Shown here one piece after another: positions 41,837-50,369 of a stretch of DNA of 64,000 bases. Positions within the stretch are counted from its first letter, which is position 1. Each line of letters opens with the position of its first letter. A program made the translations under genes and the position numbers. The notes beneath the pieces were generated by a model, which made no database searches, was not told the origin of the DNA, and saw only the letters and a list, made by a program, of their open reading frames with translations. Source of the stretch: Candidatus Gastranaerophilales bacterium (GTDB taxonomy: Bacteria; Cyanobacteriota; Vampirovibrionia; Gastranaerophilales; JANQFW01); contig JANQLL010000205.1 of the NCBI GenBank assembly GCA_028280605.1, positions 12,725-76,724 of the forward strand. The letters run 5' to 3'.

Positions 41837-42075
41837 TGTTTATGTTCCCTTCTTTAATTATTTTCACTGTCCTCATGTTTAAGTTGTCAAAATTTTCAAA
41901 ATTGTTCCTTGTATTGAAGACTTTTTGTTTTTGTAACTAAAAATTTACAAATTCTATATATTAAAATAAATTCGCTAAAAATATTTCAACGAATTTTATT
42001 AAAATTATAATACTATTTTACTGCTATACAAAATCATAATCCTATACCTGTTAGATTTAATTTTGTACATCATTA

Positions 42076-42549
42076 TTAATACCTATAATGAGCAAAAGCT
42101 TTATTTGCATCAGCCATTCTGTGAGTATTATCACGGTTGGTTACAGCAGCGCCTACACCATTATATGCATCAATTAAAGCATTAGCTAATTTTTCTATGA
42201 AAGATTTACCTTTACCCTTAATAGCAGCTTCAATAATCCAGGTTGAACTCAACGCTATACCTCTGTCTTCTCTTACTTCAGCAGGTACTTGGTATGTTGT
42301 ACCACCAATTCTTCTTGCTTTAACTTCAATTAAAGGTGTTGCATTTTTAATAGCCTGATTAAATACTTCTAACGGCTCTTCATTATTGATTCTTTCTTTA
42401 ACTATCTCTAAAGCTTTATAGAAAATTCTTTCTGCAAGGCTTTTTTTACCTCTTCTCATTAATCTATTTATAAATTTCGCTACGTCTACACTATTATAAA
42501 TAGGATCCGCTAGCGGCACTCTTTTGGCTGGCTTGTTTCTACGTGACAT
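42076..42549 (-). CDS. rpsG: 30S ribosomal protein S7
   Basis: 157 aa with the typical S7 sequence (GKKSLAERIFY..., ...AFAHYRY terminus). Confidence 0.95.
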   Translation of the reverse strand: MSRRNKPAKRVPLADPIYNSVDVAKFINRLMRRGKKSLAERIFYKALEIVKERINNEEPLEVFNQAIKNATPLIEVKARRIGGTTYQVPAEVREDRGIALSSTWIIEAAIKGKGKSFIEKLANALIDAYNGVGAAVTNRDNTHRMADANKAFAHYRY

Positions 42550-42569
42550 ACTTTTATTTACCTCTTAAA

Positions 42570-42956
42570 TTACTTTTTTGCTTTTTCTCTTTTAGTACCA
42601 TATTTACTTCTTCCCTGGGCTCTTTCTTTTACGCCTGCAGTATCAAGTGTTCCACGGATAATGTGATATCTTACACCGGGTAAATCTTTTACCCTGCCAC
42701 CTCTAAATAATACAGCAGAGTGCTCTTGTAAGTTGTGCCCTATACCTGGAATATATACTGTAACCTCATGCCCGCTGGTTGCTTTCACTTTAACAACTTT
42801 TCTTAACGCTGAATTAGGCTTTTTAGGTGTAGTGGTATATACTCTTACGCATACACCACGTCTTTGAGGGCAACCTTTTAATGCTGGGGATTTGGTTTTC
42901 TCTTTTTGTCTTTTTCTTTCTTTTTCTTTTCGTACTAATTGACTGATAGTTGGCAC
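42570..42956 (-). CDS. rpsL: 30S ribosomal protein S12
   Basis: [10 protein letters not shown] and [11 protein letters not shown] motifs. Confidence 0.97.
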   Translation of the reverse strand: MPTISQLVRKEKERKRQKEKTKSPALKGCPQRRGVCVRVYTTTPKKPNSALRKVVKVKATSGHEVTVYIPGIGHNLQEHSAVLFRGGRVKDLPGVRYHIIRGTLDTAGVKERAQGRSKYGTKREKAKK

Positions 42957-43043
42957 TTATTCCTCCTTAATTTACGAGTTTTTTTATCTGTTAATATTAT
43001 ATTACATACATTAAATAGTTTATTTCAATCAAAAATATAAATT

Positions 43044-43116
43044 TGGAGCGTACGAGATTCGAACTCGTGACCTCTTCAATGCCATTGAAGCGCGCTACCA
43101 ACTGCGCCAACGCCCC
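43044..43116 (-). tRNA. tRNA-Ala (anticodon GGC)
   Basis: Manual fold: acceptor GGGGCGU/ACGCUCC with the G3:U70 Ala identity pair, D arm GCGC/GCGC, anticodon loop AUGGCAU and T arm ACGAG-UUCGAAU-CUCGU. CCA is not encoded. Confidence 0.9.
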
Positions 43117-43223
43117 TTATACAACTTAATAAAAGTTTATCATTTTCATTTGATTAAGTTTCAATTTCAAAGTATATTAAATATGTTCGAGTGTCAATAA
43201 TAAAATAAACATGAATATAGCCA

Positions 43224-43319
43224 CTCTAAAATACTTTGTCAGATTATTCAATCGCATTCATTAAAATTAATGAAATAGTCTATACTCTGAAAAGAGTAGC
43301 CTGTAATTTAATTGATGAG
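43224..43319 (-). repeat. Dispersed TTTCAGATTA hairpin element, copy c (reverse orientation)
   Basis: ctctaaaatactttgtcagattattc...ctctgaaaagagtagcctgtaatttaattgatgag. Confidence 0.8.
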
Positions 43320-43339
43320 AAATAAAAGTTTACATAATT

Positions 43340-43942
43340 ATGAATGATAGAGTTAAAGAATTTTACAAAATACGTAACATTTTAGACAAAAAGGACGGGG
43401 TAATATCTTTCCCTACTGATACTGTCTGGGGGGTTGGATGTAGAATCAGTAATACTAGTGCTGTTGAAAAAATTTATGGCTTAAAAGGCCGTGATAAATC
43501 TAAACCCCTTATTTTATTAAGTAGTGATGTTGAAAGTTTATTGCCTTATATAAAGAATATTACGCCAAATGCAAAAAAAATTATAGTAAAATATTTTCCC
43601 GGGGCTGTTACTTTGGTTTTGGCCAAGAGTGACAAAGTGCCTGACTACATTACATCCGGTATGAATACAGTAGGAATTAGAGTGCCTGATTGTTTACCCT
43701 ATAAAGACATGGTTAACCAGTGTGTTGAAGAGAAAGTTCTTGCTACGACCAGTGCTAATTTATCAGGGCAGGTGGCTGGCATTAATTATAATGATGTTTA
43801 TAATTCTGTTGGTGAGTATGTTGATTATATTTATAATCCTGAGTATCAAAATATAAAAGAACTTGAGTCTACTGTTGTTATGGTGGATGAAGCTGATAAT
43901 GTAAAAGTTTTAAGGCAGGGAGCTGTTAAGATAGAATTATAG
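43340..43942 (+). CDS. tsaC: L-threonylcarbamoyladenylate synthase (YrdC/TsaC type)
   Basis: 200 aa with FPTDTVWGVGC, KGRDKSKPL and TSANLSG motifs. Confidence 0.85.
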   Translation: MNDRVKEFYKIRNILDKKDGVISFPTDTVWGVGCRISNTSAVEKIYGLKGRDKSKPLILLSSDVESLLPYIKNITPNAKKIIVKYFPGAVTLVLAKSDKVPDYITSGMNTVGIRVPDCLPYKDMVNQCVEEKVLATTSANLSGQVAGINYNDVYNSVGEYVDYIYNPEYQNIKELESTVVMVDEADNVKVLRQGAVKIEL

Positions 43943-43953
43943 TAAAATCTTAA

Positions 43954-44045
43954 GGGTCAAGCGAGTCGGCGAAGCCGACGGAAAGCGAGGTAAAAAAAAA
44001 TCTCCCCCTTGCTAGGGTGAAAGGGGGTAGATACAAAAAAAATTT
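43954..44045 (+). repeat. GC-rich structured element, copy 2 (immediately upstream of the rpiB SD)
   Basis: GGGTCAAGCGAGTCGGCGAAGCCGACGGAAAGCGAGGT-A9-TCTCCCCCTTGCTAGGGTGAAAGGGGGTAGATAC. It forms two hairpins, GTCGGC-gaa-GCCGAC and CCCCCTT...AAGGGGG. Confidence 0.7.
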
Positions 44046-44064
44046 ACATTAGTAGGAGGAGAGA

Positions 44065-44499
44065 ATGACTAAATTAAGAATAGCGATAGGTTCTGATCAT
44101 GGTGGTTATGAGATGAAGCAGAATCTTATTAAATTTTTAAAAGAAAATAATTATGAATGTAATGATGTGGGTAATTATAACGGTGAAGCTGTTGACTATC
44201 CACTCATTGCACAAAAACTTGCAAAAGAAGTCACCTTAGGAAAATTTGACAGGGGAATTTTGCTTTGCGGATCAGGACTGGGGATGGCTATTGCGGCAAA
44301 TAAAATAAAAAATATTAAAGCAGTCACCTGTCATGACACTTACTCGGCTAAGATGAGCAGGGCTCACAACAATGCAAATGTTTTAACCCTTGGGGCTAGG
44401 GTAATTGGCATTGAATTAGCCAAAGATGTTGTTAAAATATGGTTAGAATCAGAATTTGAAGGCGGACGTCATCAACGGAGGGTAGATTTGATTGAATGA
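44065..44499 (+). CDS. rpiB: Ribose-5-phosphate isomerase B
   Basis: IAIGSDHGG, LCGSGLGM and GARVIG motifs; 144 aa. Confidence 0.9.
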   Translation: MTKLRIAIGSDHGGYEMKQNLIKFLKENNYECNDVGNYNGEAVDYPLIAQKLAKEVTLGKFDRGILLCGSGLGMAIAANKIKNIKAVTCHDTYSAKMSRAHNNANVLTLGARVIGIELAKDVVKIWLESEFEGGRHQRRVDLIE

Positions 44500-45379
44500 T
44501 AAAAAAGTAAATAAAAATAATAAAAATACTATTTGGATTGATATTTGCACTAAATCAGTAGGTTTGCTTTTAGTTTTGCTTGCGGCTGCAGTTTTAATCT
44601 TAAATGTTTTTCAAATAGAAAAACTGGTTATGTATAAGCCCACAGATGACTATAAGGCTCCGCCTATTGAAATGAAGGATAAGCTTGAATTGTCTGAGTT
44701 TTTAAACAACAAGCAGCAACACTTGAAAATGTTTCATATAAAAGGTAATAAAAAAGTGCCTGTGATTCTTTTTGCTCATGGGAACTCGTGGAATGCTACT
44801 CATTTTTTTAAAAAAGTTAATTTTTTAGCTGAAAAAGATTATAATGTATACTTATTTGATTATAGAGGATTTGGTAAAAGTGAAGGCAAGCCTAATGAAA
44901 AAGGTTTGTATAAGGATTTGGAAGCTGCTGTAAAAAATTTGGAAGATTTAGGAATAACAAAAAATAATATTATTCTTTGGGGACATTCTTTAGGTGGGGC
45001 TATTGTTGCTGATATTGCTTCCAGGTCCAACTTTAAGGGGGTTATCCTTGAGGGGACTTTTACTTCTATGGATGATATGAGAAAATTTGTTACTTCGCAG
45101 CCTATTAACGGAAAAGGTTTTTTAGTTTTTAGAAATATTGCTTATAATTTAATGATTTTAACCCAGAGGTATGACACTAAATCTAAAATAGGCAAGATCA
45201 CTTCTCCTTTATTAATCGTGCATTCTGAAGAAGATGAGACAGTGCCTTGCTTTATGGCTAAAGAGCTTAGAAAATTAAACCCTAAGGCAAAAGTCTTTAT
45301 ATCTAAAAATGGTAAGCATAGCGAAGTTGGCTGGCAAAATGATGAGATTTTTATATTTATAAAGAATTTATCTAAATAG
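44492..45379 (+). CDS. Alpha/beta hydrolase (membrane-anchored)
   Basis: N-terminal TM helix, GHSLGG nucleophile elbow, and Asp/His regions (HSEEDETVP, GKHSE). Confidence 0.8.
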   Translation: MNDKKVNKNNKNTIWIDICTKSVGLLLVLLAAAVLILNVFQIEKLVMYKPTDDYKAPPIEMKDKLELSEFLNNKQQHLKMFHIKGNKKVPVILFAHGNSWNATHFFKKVNFLAEKDYNVYLFDYRGFGKSEGKPNEKGLYKDLEAAVKNLEDLGITKNNIILWGHSLGGAIVADIASRSNFKGVILEGTFTSMDDMRKFVTSQPINGKGFLVFRNIAYNLMILTQRYDTKSKIGKITSPLLIVHSEEDETVPCFMAKELRKLNPKAKVFISKNGKHSEVGWQNDEIFIFIKNLSK

Positions 45380-45452
45380 AATTTTTATATTTAATTATAT
45401 AGTGGTTTTTTTTAATTGATAAATTTTAATAAATAAAAAAGAGGTAACAACA

Positions 45453-45965
45453 ATGAACTTCATAATATACATGGCTACAAGTTTAGACGGATATATTGCA
45501 GATGAGGAAGGCAGCGTAGATTGGCTCTCAAAATATGATGAAATTAACTATGGTTATAATGATTTTATAAAAAAAATTGACTGTATTGTTATGGGGGGAA
45601 CTACATATAGACAAATTCTTACTTTTGGCGACTGGTCTTATACCTCTCAAGCCTCTTACGTGCTATCAAGTGAAAAATCAGAAAATGCAAACGTTCAAGG
45701 CTTTTATAATAATATAGATAATCTTTTAGACGAGCTTAGAGCTAAGAAATATAAAAATATATGGATTATGGGTGGAGCAAAAACCTGCCAAAGTTTTATA
45801 AATAGAGGATTGGTCAACAGTTTCGATTTATTTTTAATTCCTGACGTTTTGGGTGGTGGAATAAAACTTTTTGAAAACATTAATGATGAATTAAATTTAT
45901 CGCTTAAATCAACTAAAAATTGCGGTAATAAAATTGCCAGGTTAACTTATACAATAGGCAAGTAG
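45453..45965 (+). CDS. Dihydrofolate reductase-like (RibD C-terminal domain) family protein
   Basis: 170 aa with the pattern MATSLDGYIAD..G...W, VMGGTTY and WIMGGAK. Confidence 0.7.
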   Translation: MNFIIYMATSLDGYIADEEGSVDWLSKYDEINYGYNDFIKKIDCIVMGGTTYRQILTFGDWSYTSQASYVLSSEKSENANVQGFYNNIDNLLDELRAKKYKNIWIMGGAKTCQSFINRGLVNSFDLFLIPDVLGGGIKLFENINDELNLSLKSTKNCGNKIARLTYTIGK

Positions 45966-46048
45966 GTTCAAACTTTAAAAAAACGTACCATATACAGTAT
46001 TATGTTTTTTGGTAAAATATATCTATATAAGTAGATAAGAAGATTTTT

Positions 46049-47209
46049 ATGATGAGTAATTTAAGATCAGGATTTGTGCACACACGAAGAGATGCATGGG
46101 TAGAAATAAATCTATCTTGTATTGAACATAATATTAGGATTTTGAAAAGCTTAATAAGTGAGCAAGATAAGTTTTTAGCAGTTATTAAAGCTGACGCATA
46201 CGGACACGGTGCAACTATGCTGGCTCCTACACTTGAAGCGAGCGGAGTAGACATGTTTGGGGTAGCTTCAGTAGATGAGGGCATACAACTGCGAAATTCC
46301 GGTATTAAAAAACCTATACTGGTTCTGGGTGCTGTACCTATCTGGTCAGTTGAAGCAGCTGTACAAAATTGCATACAAATTTCTGTGTTTAGCAAAGAGC
46401 ATATTGATGCTTGTCGCAATGCTTATAAAAAATTAAAAATAAAACCTCAAATACATATAAAAGTAGACACCGGCATGCATAGAATCGGTATACCTTGCGA
46501 TATTGCAATTAACTTTATAAAGAGCGTGGCAGAGTTAGATTTTATTTTATTGGAGGGCGTTTTTACTCATTTGCCTTGTGCTGAAGATAAAAATATATCT
46601 TATGAGCAAAACAAAAAATGGCTTAATATTATTGATAATTTGCCTGATAATAAAAATTTATTGATACATATATTAAATACAGCAGGCTTGATAAGTTACA
46701 AAGATTTTAAATGTAATATGGTTAGAGCCGGTATTGGTATTTATGGCTTGGCTCCGGCCTTGGATAATGATGTAAAATTTGACAGCAATATTAAACAGGT
46801 TATGAGCGTAAAGGGCAGAATTGTCCATATTCAAGAGCTGACAGCCGGAGAAGGTGTAAGTTATGGATATAAATATATTACTGATAAAAAAACAACAAAA
46901 ATTGCAACTATCCCTATTGGTTACGCAGATGGAGTTTCCAGGAGATTATCCAACAAAATTTATGGATTGATTAATGGTGTTAAAGTTCCTCAGATTGGTA
47001 ATATTACTATGGATCAGATGATGTTTGATATTACTGATATAAATCAAGCCAATGTTGGGGATGTTATTACTATTTTAGGCAAAGACGAAGATGAAATGAT
47101 TACTATTGATTCCTGGGCAGAAAAATTAAATACCATAAATTACGAAATCCCTTGCAGACTCCGTGTTAGATTGCCTAGAGTGTATACAAGAGATTTCCCC
47201 GTGAAATAA
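46049..47209 (+). CDS. alr: Alanine racemase
   Basis: AVIKADAYGHGA (PLP-binding Lys), plus VSYG and PIGYADG motifs. Confidence 0.93.
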   Translation: MMSNLRSGFVHTRRDAWVEINLSCIEHNIRILKSLISEQDKFLAVIKADAYGHGATMLAPTLEASGVDMFGVASVDEGIQLRNSGIKKPILVLGAVPIWSVEAAVQNCIQISVFSKEHIDACRNAYKKLKIKPQIHIKVDTGMHRIGIPCDIAINFIKSVAELDFILLEGVFTHLPCAEDKNISYEQNKKWLNIIDNLPDNKNLLIHILNTAGLISYKDFKCNMVRAGIGIYGLAPALDNDVKFDSNIKQVMSVKGRIVHIQELTAGEGVSYGYKYITDKKTTKIATIPIGYADGVSRRLSNKIYGLINGVKVPQIGNITMDQMMFDITDINQANVGDVITILGKDEDEMITIDSWAEKLNTINYEIPCRLRVRLPRVYTRDFPVK

Positions 47210-47253
47210 AAATCACATTCTATCATATATGTATGTTTTTTTAACTTTTATAA

Positions 47254-47502
47254 CTAATACTTTATTTCTACTTGTGGGATTGTGTCAAAAACATCTTTAA
47301 TTGTGTCTTTGAATGCAGGTGTATTCACATAGCCTTCCGCTTTTTGAGCAATTGATTTATCTTTAAATAATATAACTATTTTTTCTGAGGATATCTCTAT
47401 TGGTTTTGTAACACTTTTTAGTATCATTTTTACTGCGATATTATTTATCTTGCTTAAAAGTAATTCCCAGTCATGATTTAGATTGCCTGTTATTTTAGAC
47501 AT
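47254..47502 (-). CDS. Hypothetical small protein (82 aa)
   Basis: AAGGAGG SD directly upstream of the ATG. No family recognised. Confidence 0.5.
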   Translation of the reverse strand: MSKITGNLNHDWELLLSKINNIAVKMILKSVTKPIEISSEKIVILFKDKSIAQKAEGYVNTPAFKDTIKDVFDTIPQVEIKY

Positions 47503-47540
47503 TTTTACCTCCTTTGATTCTTAAATATTAACTATGTTAA

Positions 47541-47637
47541 CTAAAAAATACTTTTCAGATTATTTAATTGTTTAAAAGTTAATAAAGTAAACTATTTTCT
47601 GAAAAGAGTAATCCAGAATTTAATTGAGTACCTGTAT
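47541..47637 (-). repeat. Dispersed TTTCAGATTA hairpin element, copy d (reverse orientation)
   Basis: ctaaaaaatacttttcagattatttaattg...ttctgaaaagagtaatccagaatttaattgagtacctgtat. Confidence 0.85.
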
Positions 47638-48037
47638 AAAAAGTTTTATTTTAAACTTAACTTCAATAACAATTTAAAAATTCAATTATTTTGCTTGGAT
47701 AATACATAGTATAAAACATAGCTTCTAGAATTAAATTTGCTACCTGTATAATAGTTTAGATGTACAGGTAAAATTTTTTAGTACCTGCTTATATTATTGT
47801 ACTTGAAAAGAAAAAAAAGCGATGTTATACAGAAACTAAAAACTTTTAAATTATTGTATAGGCTAAATAAGTCATCGTAGCTTATATAAAAAAAATACTC
47901 TCTAAGTTACCTATAAATTATGTAGATTAAAAAAAAATTTTTATTAAAATTAATTCGATAGCTGGAGTTGCAATTTTAAAACTATAAGTTATAATATAAA
48001 ACGTGTTATGAAGTTAATTCTGAAAGGTAAGACTTAA

Positions 48038-48316
48038 ATGAATAAGGAAGAATTAGTACAAGAGATAGCTAAAAAAGCTAAGTACACTCAAAAAGAAGTT
48101 GCTGAAATATTAAAAGTAACATTAGAAGTTGTAGAAAAAACTGTTGCTAAAGGTAAAAAAGTTACTTTAGTTGGATTTGGTACATTCCAAGCTAAAAAAA
48201 GAGCTGCAAGAACTGGCAGAAATCCACAAACTGGCGCTGAAATTGAAATACCTGAAAAAACAGTTCCTACTTTCTCTCCTGGTAAAGCATTTAAAGAGAG
48301 AGTTAATAAAAAGTAG
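48038..48316 (+). CDS. hup: DNA-binding protein HU
   Basis: MNKEELV...GFGTFQAKKRAARTGRNPQTGAEIEIP is a canonical HU sequence. Confidence 0.95.
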   Translation: MNKEELVQEIAKKAKYTQKEVAEILKVTLEVVEKTVAKGKKVTLVGFGTFQAKKRAARTGRNPQTGAEIEIPEKTVPTFSPGKAFKERVNKK

Positions 48317-48374
48317 TCTCTTTATTGAAGCAAAATATTCATTTGAATCAAAAAATTAAAAAAATTTACGAAAA

Positions 48375-48408
48375 ACTGCCTCCTATTATTAAAGAGGCAG
48401 TTTTTTTA
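48375..48408 (+). terminator. hup intrinsic terminator
   Basis: CTGCCTC-ctattattaaa-GAGGCAG followed by TTTTTTT. Confidence 0.8.
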
Positions 48409-48411
48409 TTC

Positions 48412-48504
48412 CGGTTCCCAATTAAATTTCAGATTAATCTTTTCAGAGACTAGATTATTTTTTTACTTTTAACCAGATTGAATAATCTGAAAAGTATTTT
48501 AGTG
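48412..48504 (+). repeat. Dispersed TTTCAGATTA hairpin element, copy e (forward orientation)
   Basis: cccaattaaatttcagattaatcttttcagagactag...gattgaataatctgaaaagtattttagtg. Confidence 0.85.
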
Positions 48505-48567
48505 ACGGTATAACTGGTGTTTTATTTTATAGCATTTCCTACACTGCTCATTTTCAGAGCAATATAG

Positions 48568-49260
48568 TTAGAAAGACCTAAGCGGACTTGGACCGCCATA
48601 CATTGGACTTGAATAACCTGATTGAGAACCACCCATTGGATATCCGCCTCCTGCCGATTGTAATGATGAAAAACTCAGACCATGTTGAGGTGGTCCCCAA
48701 CTACCAGTTTCAATATAATTTCTTATTTGTGCAGCTTCTTGCATTTGGGAAGCTTGATGTATTTGTTGTTGTTGAGCGTAAGCAGCTTGCATTTGTTGCT
48801 GTTGTTGCATCATTGCAGTCTGTTGTTCTGCATATGACTTGCCAAAAATCGCCTGCCCCATCTTATTACCTAGCCAATCGCCTCCCATGCCCAAGGTCAT
48901 ACCTGTGCCCATAGATGCAAAATTGGCTTTTGTAAAAAAGCCTCCTTTACCTCCAGGTACATATCCCATCGCAATAGAACCACCCAACGTTGCCATACCA
49001 ACTCTACAAAATGACCTGCCTAACTGAGCACCAAAATCTCCATTCTGATAGGCCTGTATTAATGCAGGAATTTCAAATGCAACAGGGAGAGCCATAGCAA
49101 ATACGGGAGTATTCATGAAACCTTGATTTACTTTGGTTAAAAAACCTCCTCCATTTGTCGCAGCCTTTGATACAGATTTAGTTGCTGCAGATCCGGCACT
49201 CTTTCCGGAGCCTTTCAATAAATCATCAATAGTTGTGGAAAATATCTTTCCTATTCCCAT
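48568..49260 (-). CDS. Hypothetical Gly-rich membrane protein with poly-Q and G/S/Y-rich C-terminus
   Basis: 230 aa. Glycine-zipper-like segments (GMATLGGSIAMGYVPGG, MGTGMTLGMGG), a MMQQQQQMQAAYAQQQQ run, and a GGGYPMGGSQSGYSSPMYGG tail. Confidence 0.6.
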   Translation of the reverse strand: MGIGKIFSTTIDDLLKGSGKSAGSAATKSVSKAATNGGGFLTKVNQGFMNTPVFAMALPVAFEIPALIQAYQNGDFGAQLGRSFCRVGMATLGGSIAMGYVPGGKGGFFTKANFASMGTGMTLGMGGDWLGNKMGQAIFGKSYAEQQTAMMQQQQQMQAAYAQQQQIHQASQMQEAAQIRNYIETGSWGPPQHGLSFSSLQSAGGGYPMGGSQSGYSSPMYGGPSPLRSF

Positions 49261-49443
49261 TTTTCACCTTCCCATCTTCCTCTTGAAGATAAAACATTCC
49301 CAATTTTATAAACACAATTCCTCCTCAATAATTGCTTATTTATTATAAAGACTTATTAAAAAACTTATTTTTTTAACCCCAAGAACAGTAATAACAAAGA
49401 AAAATATTATATAAAGATATATTAAGGTTTGACCCTTCTAAAC

Positions 49444-49470
49444 TAAAGTTTTTTATAAGGTAAACGATAA
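49444..49470 (+). promoter_or_regulatory. Sigma-28-type promoter of candidate sRNA 1
   Basis: TAAAGTTT-N11-aaCGATAA. Confidence 0.5.
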
Positions 49471-49477
49471 ATATACT

Positions 49478-49535
49478 ATAAGATACCCAAACCTCCTCCC
49501 CAAGTCTGGTAGCCGCCCAAAATAGCGGCTTTTTT
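49478..49535 (+). ncRNA. Candidate small RNA 1 (about 58 nt) with C-rich single-stranded motif and terminator
   Basis: ...ACCCAAACCUCCUCCCCAAGUCUGGUA-GCCGC-ccaaaaua-GCGGC-UUUUUU. The 5' end is inferred from the promoter spacing. Confidence 0.5.
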
Positions 49536-49567
49536 ATTTGCTTTAAAAAAAAATTTTAAAAAAAGGC

Positions 49568-49594
49568 TAAAGTTTTAAAATAATATGCCGATTA
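49568..49594 (+). promoter_or_regulatory. Sigma-28-type promoter of candidate sRNA 2
   Basis: TAAAGTTT-N11-GCCGATtA, a 15/16 match to the TAAAGTTT-N11-GCCGATAA consensus. Confidence 0.6.
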
Positions 49595-49601
49595 TAATAA
49601 T

Positions 49602-49664
49602 ATAGCCAATATACCCCAATCTCTTCCCCAAGTCTGGTAGCCGCCCAAAAAAGCGGCTTTTTTT
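49602..49664 (+). ncRNA. Candidate small RNA 2 (about 63 nt), tandem duplicate of sRNA 1
   Basis: ...CCCCAAUCUCUUCCCCAAGUCUGGUA-GCCGC-ccaaaaaa-GCGGC-UUUUUUU. The 3' 40 nt are nearly identical to sRNA 1. Confidence 0.55.
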
Positions 49665-49725
49665 ATTGGATAAAAAATTTAAAAGAACAAATTAAAAAAG
49701 ACCGTTTAAGGTCTTTATAAAAAAA

Positions 49726-49811
49726 TGCCCTGGGCCAGACTTGAACTGGCACGAGGTTTTAACCCCATTGGATTTTAAGTCCAACGCGTCTACCGGTTCC
49801 GCCACCAGGGC
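49726..49811 (-). tRNA. tRNA-Leu (anticodon UAA), class II with long variable arm
   Basis: Manual fold: acceptor GCCCUGG/CCAGGGC, anticodon loop CUUAAAA, a long variable arm and T loop GUUCAAGUC. It is followed by the hairpin AAAGACC-ttaaac-GGTCTTT-TTT at 49696..49720. Confidence 0.9.
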
Positions 49812-50369
49812 TTATAGATTATCTATTTTTAAGTAGTTAAGTTTCTTATTTCTTTTATTTTTAGTATTATTTTAATATCTTTAAATCTTTTTTAATGTCC
49901 CTTTTCGACATTTATGATAGTAGAATAAAAATTTTTGGAAGTCAAAACTTTTTTTAGTTTCTTGTATAACTTTTTTTATTTTTTTAGGTTGGTTTCTTTA
50001 TTTAAAACAATTAGTTTTATTTTATATTATTTTTCCTTGAGTTTTTTAGATAAATATTAGAATAAGTATACAAAATATAATGGTCAATCATTTGATTGAT
50101 TAGCCTTAGAAATAAATATTATTCTTAATATATATGTTTTTATGATCAATACATTAAGTTTTGTAAACCAATGCAAGGCTTAGGATAAAAGCCAAAGAAT
50201 AAATAAAATTGAGCATAAATAATGTCTTTAAGACTAATAATATTAAATATTGTTTTTACTTGAATTTTATTTTTAAGAAAAAAAATTAATACCTACTCTT
50301 GCTAAGAACTTATGTTTTATTTATAAAGTAATCATGTAAATATTAGTTATTTTGTGAGGTATGTTAAAC

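Noticed and set aside
41837-42075. Unusually long (240-nt) rpsG-fusA spacer as a possible regulatory RNA.
   Set aside because: The sequence is AT-rich and I could find no stable hairpins, repeats or conserved motifs. There is nothing to support a call.
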